Shown: positions 37,901 to 51,800 of the stretch, piece by piece
Position numbering within the stretch: the stretch's first letter is position 1
Layout of the letters: each line of letters starts with the position of its first letter
Origin: Chrysomallon squamiferum
Lineage: Eukaryota; Animalia; Mollusca
Direction of reading: 5' to 3'
Assembly: GCA_012295275.1 (NCBI GenBank)
Contig: CM022670.1
Span: forward strand, 35,836,001 to 35,900,000
Length of the DNA stretch: 64,000 nucleotides
Translations under genes and position numbers: made by a program
Notes under the pieces: generated by a model
The model's database searches: none
Told to the model about the DNA's origin: nothing
What the model saw: only the letters and a program-made list of their open reading frames with translations

Positions 37901-40259
37901 TAATTTTTGTTACATTACTATTATATTTTTTTTTACCTTTAAAGGTACAGACTCAAATTATATTAAATATGGAACACCGCTGTTTAGCAAAACAGACTTT
38001 GGAAAATAATAACATATAAAATGAGGAGAAAAAAAGTATTTTAAAATTCAAAAAGTGGTTTAAAAGATTCCATTTCCTTTTTTTCTTTTAAATTAAATAT
38101 TTTTTTTTTTCAACCAACTTTACAGAATGAAACAGCTATAATATCAGTTTGGAAAATAATACAGATTGAAAAGTTGTGTACTATATCCATATTAATTTTT
38201 TTACTTTTTATAATCAAATGCATTTTCCTTTTATATTTTAAATCAAACAGCTATGAATGAAACAGATATATTATCAGATTTTGCAAAATCATACTACATA
38301 TAAATAAATAAAAAATTATTTATAAATGTCTGTATTTTCCAAAAGTGGTTTAAAAAAATTCCACATTAATTATTTTCTTTTAACTGAACATTTTATTCAT
38401 TTTTTTTTATTTTTTTTTTTAAATCAACCTTGTAGAATTTGACAGCAAGTTCAGGCCTCTGTGCTCGTAACAAATATGACTCAGCCTTCGCAAATTCCTT
38501 CTCCTCAAATGCGAATCTTGCTTGACCAACAAGGACATCGGCCACTGAGTCTGGGTCATGAGCTTCAGCCACACGTTGTGCAGAGTCCCAGTCCTGGTTA
38601 TGTACATACCTGATGTGTAATAAACAGTGTAAAATGAATACAAAACAACCTTTACGTAACAGATCAGATGTGTTCTAACTGTAGTAAATAAAACAAATTA
38701 CGTTTTTATTTCTTATAGCTGCTCTACATTAGACAGTATAATATGATAGGTAAAACTTGAAGTTTAGGAGGAAGCATATAATTTATATTTCTCTAATGTT
38801 AATTAATTCTAACTTCAGAATGGAGTATATAACAGAGGAAAAAAAATATATAATAAAATAAAAAATAAAAGTGACTTCAGTAAATAACCAAACTGCAACA
38901 GATAGATTTAAATCAGTGTATTCTATTTCATTTAAACCATTTATCCTCATGCTAATTTCTTTCAGATATAACCATCTAATATGATTAATGGTGCAGACAA
39001 TAAGTGTTAGTCTTAAGATAGGACTGTACTAAGATAACCATTAACCAGAGCTAAATTGAAAGATGTAAAAATATTTCAGTCTCTATTCTCTGTAATCTTC
39101 TAACACATAATTGCAATAAATGGCAAACATTTCAAACTCATAAGCTATATACAAAAAGCAACTCTACTGAAACTTTCAATGAATATAAGCATATTTCAAA
39201 ATACGGCAGTCAAACTGGACATACTATATATAATACAACAGTACATAATAATTCTAATATAATTTCAGCTTAAACTAAACTTACATAAGTACGGCTTCTT
39301 TGGGTCTTCCAGCTTTCACAAATTCAGCTTCAGCCTCTGAAAACTTTCCTTCGTCTTCCAGGAACATGGCATACTTGAGATGAATCTCGGGCAATTTGTC
39401 TTTCATAGCAATACGAGCAAGATCAAAGGCAAAGTCAAAAGCACTGAAAACAAATATTGAAAACAATGTCTTCAAAATATAATCCTTAACAATCATTTCT
39501 CTTAAAAAAGCATAAGTCAGTATTTGTTTTATCTGTGTGTATTTGTCTGTGTATGTACTTTTATGTATATCTATCTTTCTATCAATCTCTATACCTATAC
39601 CTATGTACTTTTTAAAATAAAACATTATTTAACATTATTCACTACTGCTGATTGTAATAATTATACAAAGTAAAACAAAATTGTACTTAGGAAAACATAA
39701 AATAAAAAAATCTGATGTAAGAAGAAATGATGAATTTTTGATGTTACCAGTTTTCTGTGGCATAGTCGATGGCTGAATCAAGGAAACCATACTTGTGAAG
39801 TAATTTCACTGCTGAATCCCCACCAAGAGTTTTAGCCCACATATAGGCTACTTGCTTAGCTGCAACCTGACCTCCGTGGTTCTTAGCAACCTGGAATTCA
39901 AATAGATAATTTTTCAACTGTTTCAACACAAAACATGCAGATCAAGACTTAACACTACCAGTTGTTTTAAAATTATTATTATAAAGTACACATTATTTTT
40001 AAAAACACACACACACACATACACTTTCCTTTTATTAAAAATATATTTAAAACTGAATAAAATAAGTCTGAAATAGGATAAATTTCTGTGAAACATGTAA
40101 ATAAAACTGTAAATATTACCCTGTAGGCCTCATCCCACGAATCATGTGCCCTGTACATGTTGACAGCAGCTTTCCAGTCTCCTGCCTCAATAAAGTGATG
40201 TTCTGCCTGCCTCAAGTTGCCTTCACTCTCCAGTTCCTACAGGAAAATATAATTATACC

Positions 40260-40290
<31 letters not shown>

Positions 40291-42806
40291 ATACATACAT
40301 ACATACACACACACATACACATACACATTTTGATGATTAGTGATAAAGGATTGGCTCCTGCTTCTCGGTTGTCACCCAAGACATTCAATGTTTTGTGATT
40401 TTTAATATTCAGTATTGTTTTAATTTTATTGTTATTATTTATTTATTTATTTGTTCATTTGTTTATCTATTATTAGTTTAATACATATTTTAAAGGATAT
40501 ATTCTGGATAATTTAAAAGTGATATTAATCAAATTTTATCCATATATAATTACATTAAAGTTATTTCAGTGTGTAAATTCTATATCTGTTCCAGATCTAA
40601 TGTGAAAGTATTCATATTCAACAGATTATTACAGAAAAAGAATATCATTACAAAATTTGTTTGAATTAAATATGAGAATATCTGCATTTGTTTTTACCAT
40701 CAATTATTACAAATAAACAAACACACACACACACACATACAAACACAAAATTCTTTTTTCTATCTTTTTTCTTTTTTTAACACTAAACAACAAAATTTAA
40801 TATATATTATCATATCAGTTCTAAAAAATGGGTTATTCTTTAAATTTCAAAAATATAGATATTTTACTATTATTTTTATTTTAAAATATTTACCTATTTA
40901 CACTTTACATAAATATATCTTATAAATTTACCCAGTACTTAAATTTTCTCAACCACAATAACAGTAATGAAAGATGATACATACATTGGCTAGAAGCTGG
41001 TGGGTGTCTGGCAGTAGGTCTCTGTGGTACTGTTTTACTAGACGAATCATGTCATTGTAATGTCGTTGTTTCTTGTACATTGTGATAGCCAAATCAGGCT
41101 CCTCAACAGCAACATACAGTCTGAAAAAAATAATAATAATAATAATAATAATAATAAGTAAATAAATAAATAAATTCTAATGATACATACAAATCTATAC
41201 ATGTTTACTTTGCAAAGCACTATAATAAAATGGTTTACTAAAATGTAATGCAACTGTTTCCTCCTAGTTATTAATATTAGTATTAGTATTAGTATTAATA
41301 ATAATAAATAAATAAATAAATAAATAAATAAATATAATAAAATTTAATGAGTACACACAAATCTATACAGGTTTGCTTTGCAATGCACTATAATAAAATG
41401 GTTTAATAAAATGTAATGCAATTGTTTCCTCCAGTTATGTCGTTTAACAAAATGTACCACAATAATTTATTGTAATAGAATGTGTAACAATAATTTATAT
41501 TAATAAAGTATACTATAATAATTCATTTTAATAAAATGTACTACACCAATTCATTTTAATCAAATATCCTACATTAATTTATATAAATAAAATGTACTAC
41601 AATGGTTTATTTCAATAAAATGTCCCACAATAATTTATTAAATATTAATTCAATAAAATGTACTCCAGGAGTTTATTTTATTTATTAAAACTATGGTTGA
41701 ATTGTTTATTAGAATAATATAAATGTTTTTAATTTTATTTTAATAAATAAAATAAACTCCTGGAGTACATTTTATTGAATTAATATTTAATTAATATTTA
41801 ATAAATTATTGTGGGACATTTTATTAAAATAAACCATTGTAGTACATTTTATTTATATAAATTAATGTACGTTTTATTAAAATGAATTGGTGTAGTACAT
41901 TTTATTAAAATGAATTATTATAGTATACTTTATTAACATAAATTGTTGTAGTACACTTTATTAATATAAATTATTGTTACACATTTTATTACAATAAATT
42001 ATTGTGGTACATTTTATGTACTAATTTATATTAATAAAGTGTACAACAACAGTTTATTTTAATAACATATCCAACAGTAACTTATTTCAATAAAATGTAC
42101 TTTAATAATTTATGTTCATAAAAAGTCCTACAATTAATTATGTATTTTAACAAAATGTAACACAATAATTTTTATTGACAAAATGTACTAAGTAACATAT
42201 TTTAATAAAAAAAGAAGTACAACAGTTAACTTTAATGTGTAATAAAATTATTCATTTTGTCAAATTATTTTAAAATCAAATTACAAAAGTTTATTATTAT
42301 TATTATTTTTAAAGTATTATAACAGTTTTAATACAATAGCTTATTCAGCAACATAAACTACAATATGATATTTTAAAAACAACATTAAAAGTATGCAATT
42401 AGAATCATACTTCTCTGCCTCTCTAAACTTCCCTTCTTCTTCCAGCTTTCTTGCTTGAGAAATGTACAAGCTTGACACATCATCAGCTTTCATATAGGTT
42501 GATGCAAGCTACAAAAAACAAATAAATGGTACATAAAAATCATTAATTAAAATTATTCATTTGATCAAACCCTGCAATTCCGAAGTTTTTAAGTTCCTGT
42601 GTCAAACCATTTATAATTTGTTTTTACTATTTTTGCAATGCAGTGTTAGAAACATTATTATAATGTTATAGATCATATATATGTAAAAAAAAAAACATTA
42701 GCAGTAGCTGGTAAATAACTTAGTTAATAATTATAATGTGAATAGATTTTTAATGCATTTGTGTTTAAAATTGGAACAGAAAACATGTGAACATTTTATA
42801 TATATA

Positions 42807-42855
<49 letters not shown>

Positions 42856-45800
42856 TTTTTCCATTGTAGTCTTTTTGTAATTACATGGCTTCTTATAATT
42901 ATGCTGAATTAAAAAAACTTATTTAAAATATGTAAAAAAAACAAAAAAAACAAACATTATTATTATATTACTTTGCAGACTGCCATTTCAAATTAGATTT
43001 AAAAATAATGACCACAGTTCATTGTATTTATTACCTTATGAGCCTGTTCCCATTTCCCTGCTTGATTGTACATGTCCACAGCCTCTCTAGTGCAACCAGC
43101 CTCAACATAGAACTTTTCTGCTGTCTGCAACAACAACAACAACATTGAAAAACAAAACATGTAAATTTATCTTAACATTTATAATATTCTGAATTTCATA
43201 CAAATGGTATTATGTATAGTGTACTTGTATTCATGCATTTTTTAAATTAAAAATCTGTTTTTCTTTCATTTCCCAATAAACGTTATTTTAATTTTCTGTG
43301 AGTTATAAAAACATGCTTTTCATACTTTTCTTGAAATAACATTTCTTAAATGATCATAAGATAATGAAATAATTAAATGAATCTAAAATAAAATTTTCAT
43401 TAAAATATTTTCAGTGAGAGCAACAGACTGTGGTCTTTCAAAATACTTGCCTCATACTCTCCAACAGAAGCATAATGATCTGCTATTTTCTTGTAATACC
43501 GTGTTGCCAACGATGAGTCTTGAAGTTCCAGGATCTGTACAGCTTTAACCCACTGTCTTGAATTGATGGCAGCATCCACTGCTTTCATTGTGGCACTGAA
43601 TTAACAAATACAGATCCTAGACACAAAATTTATCCAACATAATTCATGTTACTGCTGTATTTTTATTTATTTATTTTTATTTATTTTTTTTTATTATCTA
43701 ATTTGATTTATTGCTATTATTGTTATCTTGTAATAAAGAAGTTGGACAAAAGAAACTAAATTTTTGGGTGAAAATTACTTGTGGTGGCTGCCACTAATAT
43801 TGAATAAATATGAACAAAACTGATGTGTTGAAGAATAATGTTGATGTAAAACATACCCAGCTTCAATGAAGTGGTTGATGGCAGCATCCAGCTGTTTCTG
43901 AGCCACTAAGTAATCTCCCCATTCTTCTTCCAACTTCACCACCTCTGTAGGGAAGGCATATCTAGCAAGTTCAACAGCTGGAAAAAAAAAAAAAAATATG
44001 ATTTAACAGATGATAATGTTATGCTTTGTTTTCACAAGTTAAAGATGCATAATATACATAAATTTAGCAATTTTCAAGTTCCATCATTATATGAAAAAAA
44101 ATTATAAAACAATTAAAGTCAAAATATTTTTTAAAATGTGTTTAAAAAAAAATTGGATTTATTTTTTAATTAATTAATTTATTCATTTACATATTTTTAT
44201 TTATTTGTTTTTTGTTTTGTTTTCTTCCACACAATACACATGGCTACAGTTCAGTTAGACTAGTTTGTCCTTTGTGTGACGTATTTCATTTACTGATTGT
44301 ATTACCTCTTCTGTAAGCTTTTCCTTTCTTGAAACACTGCATTGCTTTCTCATAATCCTTAATCTTTTCATACATGTCTCCAGCCTAACATAATTAAGTG
44401 ACAAAAATCAGTTGCAATTTTATACAAGTAATGCAGAAAAAGGATAATCAAATCTAATCAAATCTGGTATCATTTCAAATTAATCAAATCTGGTATCAGG
44501 TGAATTAGGTAGAGAAAAAAAAAAGAAAAGAAAACACAAAAATTACTGATACATTTTTGCTCCTATGAAACTAAAAATGAATAAAAAAAAAACAAATAAA
44601 ATAATAATAATGATAATGAAAAAAACAGAACAGTAATAAATATTTCACATTCAGATTTAAAAACTAAAATTGTTCCAAACACTTACATATTCATACAATT
44701 CACCCTTTATAAGAGATGAAGCAATTCGACTGATCAGTTCAGAATTTGACATCAGTTCCTGAAAAAAAAAACACGAAAAATAACATCACAATTGTTTGTT
44801 ATATGACACAAAATAATATTTAAAAAAAAAAAAAAATATTAAAAACATTTATATTACTCAACCATAGTTTATTTATTTTATACAAATTTATTAGGATATA
44901 ACCTCCAAAAATACTACTTTTTTCTAATTAAGGGTCATTTTTTCTGTGAAAATAATTTCATTTACAGTTTTGATATTTCACATTTATATTTGGTTCTACT
45001 AATGGCACTACTGTGGATTCTTTTTAAAATATTAAAGTAATTTTAGAATATAGGTATTTTGCTTTTTTATATAATAGCATTAACACAATCATTATTACTT
45101 TCTTTAAAATCAAGAATAATATTTTCCTTTGTAAAAACTACTTGTTTTCCATTGTTAAGTGAACAATGACAGTGTTAAGTGAACAATGACAAACCTCTCT
45201 ACTAGTAGCCAGTCGGGCTGCCCTAGCTGGAAGTCCAGCTTTCATGTACAAGTTAATAGCTGACAGATAATCTTCCTCTCTCTCTTTCACCTGAATATAT
45301 AACATCATTACTACTTATTTCATAATATACCACTACATTTTATTAAAAAAAGTTATTAAGTGTTAAGCATGAACATTTTATTAATATAAAATTATGATAT
45401 GAAAGAAAAACGTCATTTTCACCAATCCATGGATTATCCTCATTAATTAACAGCAAGGAATCTTCAATAATCCGTATTAGCCAAATTAAATTAAACAAAT
45501 GCTTTATTATATAAAATATTTAAACAAACAGGACTTAATAAAGACAATTCTGAATGCAAATAAACCTGTTTAACCTTATTAAAAAACTGAAACTAAATAT
45601 TCTGAAACAATTATAAAAACCTCGGCTGCAGTTTCTTCTTGTCCAGTTTCCATCAGCCACTGGTAATAGTTTCGACGTAGAGTTTCCAATTCTGGATGAC
45701 TCTGAAACAACAATTTTACGTAACAAACCTGTGTCACTTAAAAACATAATTCTAACATTTAGAATGAACAACCTACTATTTTGAATTTTCTGAAACTCCC

Positions 45801-48800
45801 TGGCAAGAAAATGTTGCCACCAAATTAAAAAAAATATTTTATTGTTTACAATGATTATGTATTTACATTGTTAACTGCTCTGGATTCATTTGTTTACTTT
45901 CAATTAAGAATGGTGTAGAACATTTTAATAAGGATTAACTGCAGCATATTAATTTTAGTTTTACGGAATTAATCCATCCATTTGTTTTACTGTGAGGGTT
46001 CTTTTTTTGTAAAAAAAATCATTCAGTTTATAAGTTCTAAAACAGGCATTTTTTTTAATCTCAGGTATTAGATGTGAAATAAATTATGATTTTAAGTATT
46101 CTTTATGTAAACGAAATAACTGTTGATGACACAGGTTTCATAAGAATGAAAACGTTTCTGTGTTATCTGTAAAAGCAAAGAAGCTCACCTTAGCTTCAGC
46201 TACTTCAATAGCTTCATCCCACATGTGCATCTCTTGATACATCTCCATGGCTTCATCAACATGGTTCTGAAAGAGAAAAAAGAAAAGTAATTTTAGCAAA
46301 TATTTTTTCTTCAGCTTTCATAAAATAGAGTGATTTCTATAATTCAATAAACATTTAATCAGTTTGTAATCCAACATTTGTAATTTATTTTGGTTTTTTT
46401 AAATACATGTTGTTAATACAAATAATTACCTGTTCCAGGTAAATACTCTCTGCTTCTTTGAACTTCTTTTCCAAGATAGCCAACCGGGCTCTAACTTTAT
46501 AGTGACTGTAGCCATCTCCACCCTGAAATAGTAGTAGTTCACACGTGATGATGATGATGATAATAATAGTAAAAATAACACAATTCGTGAATTTTTTATA
46601 TTAAAAAAATATTTGTTTCATCAGACTTTTTTCATGTCAAATTTTTTATAAATAAAATAAAATAAAATGAATAATAATTGTTGTAGCCACTTACGTCTGA
46701 GAAGAAATAATCTTGTCTTATTCAGAAATAGCATAACAAAAATAAAATCTATTTAACTGTGTATACTAACTACAACAGATACACCCTGACATACATAAAT
46801 ATATATTATGTACCATGTGCTTTGCAGCTTCTTCAGCAATTCTCAAAGTATCTTTTAGAAATCTTGCTTTGGCAATATCTCCCAGGGCAGAGTAACATCT
46901 GAATAAAATAATTTGATGTAAAGCAACAATAACAAACATTACATTTACTGTAGGCTGCATTATATTAAGAATAAATATTTGTATTTATTAATAATTATTT
47001 TTAATCCATTTAACTTTTAGAACCAAATGTATTTAGGAAAAACAAGATTATTTTAAGTATTATATTTTATTTGTTTGTAACCAAAATAATCTTTAAACGA
47101 AAAACAATTTTGTTTAAAAAAATAAAAAAATTACTTTAAATGAGTGTATATAAATATGTACTGAAAATGCTGGAGTTTTGTCACTGTTGTATTTAATAAA
47201 TTATTTATTTTCTAGTTTAAACACACACCTCTCTGCAATATGCAGCTGGCACTCTTCCAGTGCCAAGTGACTGAGTGTCTTCCACATGGCCTCAGTTTCT
47301 GACGACATCTCCAAAGTCTCCAGAAATGAAACAGCTCTGAAAATGTATTCACATTACAATTAGTGCATACACATAAACTCCTGTTCACTGCAACCATGTA
47401 CAGATATCAGCCAATTTTAATGTGGGAATTAGGAACTGGAATCATTTATAATAAATAGTTTATCAGTAATAACATTTTATTTCAATTTTAAGAGACATTT
47501 TCTCATATTTATTATTTGCAGTTTTATAGAACAAAACAAAATGAGTCAAATATCAAATATCAAGTGTCACAATAAATTAATATATTCCATTTTGTTTTCT
47601 AATGGCATTCAGGATAAATTAATATTATTCCAGCTCTCAACTTCAGCAGACATATACAAAATTTAAACATAAGAATATTTTCTGGTAATTTAAAATTTTA
47701 AAACACAAATGCATTAAAAAATCGATACATTTTATAAATTATTAACCAGGTAAATCTAATGGTTTTTTTTTACATATATATGATAAATAACTTACCTGGT
47801 ATAGTCACCATCATCAATGGCTGTTCCAAACTCAATGAGTCCTTCATCCAGGGCATATGAAATGGTGGCAACACCCTCACTGACAATCACCTCAGTCTTT
47901 CCATCAATACGCTCCAGGTCTACTATGTCACCCTGAATGAAAAGTACAGTTTATTAAACACTGGTATTTTATTTACCTTAAAAGAAAGATGCTGAATTTA
48001 TCTAAAACTGTTAAATAAAAAATAAAAAAGTATTAAACATTTTAAATGAAAAATTACAGAATTAATTTAACAAGGATATTTTAAATTAACCTGAATGACA
48101 AATAAAGAAATCATTTAATGACAGTTAATATATAAAGAATGAGTGAGTGAATGAAGGTTCAACAACACAATATATAAAGAATGCAGTTAATTATGATATT
48201 CACATTACCAAGCATAAATAACACCATCTATAGTTTATTACATTACCTTAGTCTTAAAAAAATTACTCAGTATATTTCTATCTATGGCTATGTGTATGAT
48301 ATTTAAACTGAATACTGATTAATTCTAAAGAGAGCATGCTGAATAAAAGAAGAACTTAATACCTTGATTGGGAACATGGTCACTCTCTCTGGAGATTCAA
48401 TGTTGTACCACACACAGAGGTTGCCTCGATTCTGAGCCACCACAACATCACTGCCTGGAACCCACTGCCAGTGAAAACAGCAATAAATACAAACACTCAC
48501 CATAAACAACTTTCATAAATAAAGCAACAGTAGAAATGTCTATCCAGTCATATTAATGTACATATTAATGAAAACTCATCACATTTGAACAACGTTACAA
48601 TTCTCCTTGAGTCATTATTTGTCATCAAAGGCTTAGGTTTGGGTGACTTACATTAAAAGAGAATGTAAAAATATCAAAAGTGACAAATCGTTGGTTGTTC
48701 ATTTTGATCTACAAGACCACATGGAAATGTTTTTCAATCCAGCCAAAGCTGAAGATTGGTTAATTGCAGGCCAGACTGTTAATGGTCATATAAAGGATCC

Positions 48801-51800
48801 TTTACTGTTGATCAGGAAAGAATAGACAATAGGGTAGCAGAAGCAAGTTTTCTCTTATCCTTATACATAAAGAATATTTTTGATATGTAATCTGTAAATT
48901 GTGCTGAGGTATATTTAAATGTTTGTATTCTTATTTGGAAAATTATTAATAATAAATTGTAAAAAAACAAAAAACAAACAAACACAAATTATCATTTGTT
49001 AAAAAACAGATATTAATTTATGAAAATATTGTACCTGAACATAGGAACAGTAGTTCAGAATGCTGTTTTTCTGCTGGTTGTCAATATCAAACAAATGGAG
49101 CTAAAAACAAAATATATATATAAAAAAGATTAATACCAAGTACTGAGTAATGTAAAAATACACCTAACAGTAATTATTATCTGAGGTCAGATAATTATAT
49201 ATTTTTAAAGTGGAGCGTTTTGCTACAGATTTGTATTTAAACTGTCAAAAATGTTTAAAATAATTATTTCCAGGACTGAAGGTGTACAAAGTTAATAAAC
49301 AGTGATGTTATCCATTTTGATCATAAATCTAATAATTATGATGAGTTGTTTTTTATCTGGGTATATTATGAGTTTGTTAACTATACAAATTAAGGTTACC
49401 TTCAATTTTTTGTCTCTGAAAAGGAGTTTATGTCCAGTCTCATTTAGCTGAAAAAAAGTAAGATAACAAACATCAGATCGTGTAAAAACTGCTTTAAAAT
49501 TAGATAGTATCTGATGAGATGATAACTCAACAACATTAAAATATGCTAATTATGATAACTTAAGCTTGTAAGATAATAAAATTTATAAAGTTCTCAAGAT
49601 ATATTAAAAATATATTTTATTTAATGATTAATGTTGATTTTAATGAAATGTATGCTTTGAAAATTATATACACACCTCCAACCAGTCAATTTTTGAGTCA
49701 TGGTTTATCTGTGCCAGATTCATGCCAGTTACAAGGTCAACTAAGTAAAATAAAAATAAAAAATTAAATTTTAAAACATTTAATGCAATAGAAATTTAAT
49801 GAATATGAAACTATCACAATAAACAGTCTGGATAACAAAAATGTATCCCTGTAGAACATTTTTACTTCAGAAAGTATTTAATTCATCTTCTGACATCAAC
49901 ATCAAGTGTGCAAATAAAAGACAATTTTTAAAAAATTCTTAAATATTAAATACACAAATAAATAAATATGAAATTGTTTTGAAAATCATTTATATTTTTG
50001 AACAGTTATAAAAGACTTCCATTTTTAATAATGCTAATTAATACTTACCCACTGCAATGGTTTTCAAATCCACGAGATAGGCCAACTTTTTGTTGTCTCC
50101 AACATTCCTCTGTTTTCTTTCATTGAGTCGAACACTGCACAAAAAAACCCATAAAAGTTACAAGAATTAACTGTTCTTTAATTATTTCAATTTTGTTACA
50201 ATCACCGTATCTTATTAAAAAAAAATATTTTCATAAAAATAAATCATCCTGAACAACCTGATAATTCAAGCAAGTGCTTTATGACATAAATAAATGCGTC
50301 AACAACTACTATAATAAAAATAACTGAAAAGTCAAACCTGATAAGATGTGGATTCATAAATTCTGTACGGACAACTCCAAGGACTTCGTTAGCTCCATAT
50401 TCAATCAAAGCAAGTTCACCAGCATTGAAAATCATGCATACCTACAATTAAAAATAATAATGCACTTATTTTTGAGGAATTTTTGAGCTTTAAGACATAT
50501 TAACAACAAAGAACTAAATGTCGACTCTAAGAAGGATTGAGCATGCTGGTTAATGTTTCAATAGATGACCCAATGTCAGTGCTTGTTTCTTAAAGGATAA
50601 GACATCAACAGAGTTATTAGTCTTATCAAATACCAATATTGAATTCAGATTATATCAATAAATACATTGTAAAATACTTACACTTTCATTGTCAAAGTAG
50701 TATTTTTCGTTCCCACCTGAAGACTGCCATGGCACCTGGGTAAAAAAATTTGTTTTACTAATATGACAATTTTTTAATGACTATTAGGATATCTGACAAC
50801 ATTTTGGCAAAAATATTTCACTTAATCTATTTTTATAATGTTAAGTAATTATAAAAGAAATTGTTTGAAATTAAATAAAATATTACTTAATTAAATACCT
50901 ATATATTCTTAAATGAAAACAAATTATTTCATTACAAATTATAATTTAGTAAATTATTTAATATCATTTGTATTTGTTTTAATTATATATTTTTTTTAAT
51001 TAAAAGCAGCAAGAATTCCAAACTCTTTTTGAACATGATATATGCATGTCTGCTGGTCAACAGTTTAATTTTTCATTCATTCTTAAAATATTAATAAAAA
51101 AAGATTTCAATAAAAAATTGAAGAAATGTATGTATATATATATATATATATATTCACCTCACTAAGCTTGTTGGATTGCAGATCTCCAACCAAGATGGTA
51201 TCTGAGGTGTGTGCAATCATGAAGCGATCTTTTCCCATAATTCTGACTTCATCAATCTCATATCCATAGTGAGATTTCAGAACCACTCTGGAGCTGTTGG
51301 ACAGATTTTTGACAATCACCTAACACAAAGAGCAGGAATTATTATGTCAAATTCTCAGTGTCTTTACATACACAGCAATATCAAAATACTGTTTTATGAA
51401 GAATTATCAGACTATTTTAAAAATAACCCAAAAAAAAAAAAAAAAGAAAGAGAACTCTTTGGGACTGTTCAAGATTATTAATATAAATATATATTTTTTA
51501 ATTTGCAAAATGAAGAATAATCTCTGTATACAAATTGCAATGAATTGTGACTATATTTATTATAATGCAGAAGAGATTAACATCATAATGATTATTATAC
51601 AGCTTTTGTCTGAAGTTTTATCAAATCAGATATTTACCAAAGCATTCTTTTTTTGTTTTTTTTTTTTTGTTTACCTGACTGAGACCAACATGGGTAATCT
51701 CAAACTTGTTCTTGTACAGTGTTCTTTTCAGACAACAGTCAAACAGCTCAACACCACCACACAGCGTTCCCTGAGAAACAGAAATCACAGCATACAACAA

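Noticed and set aside
41390-42210. Regularly spaced ~27-bp repeats superficially like a CRISPR array
   Set aside because: Degenerate head-to-tail minisatellite with no unique spacers, in a eukaryotic intron with no cas genes.
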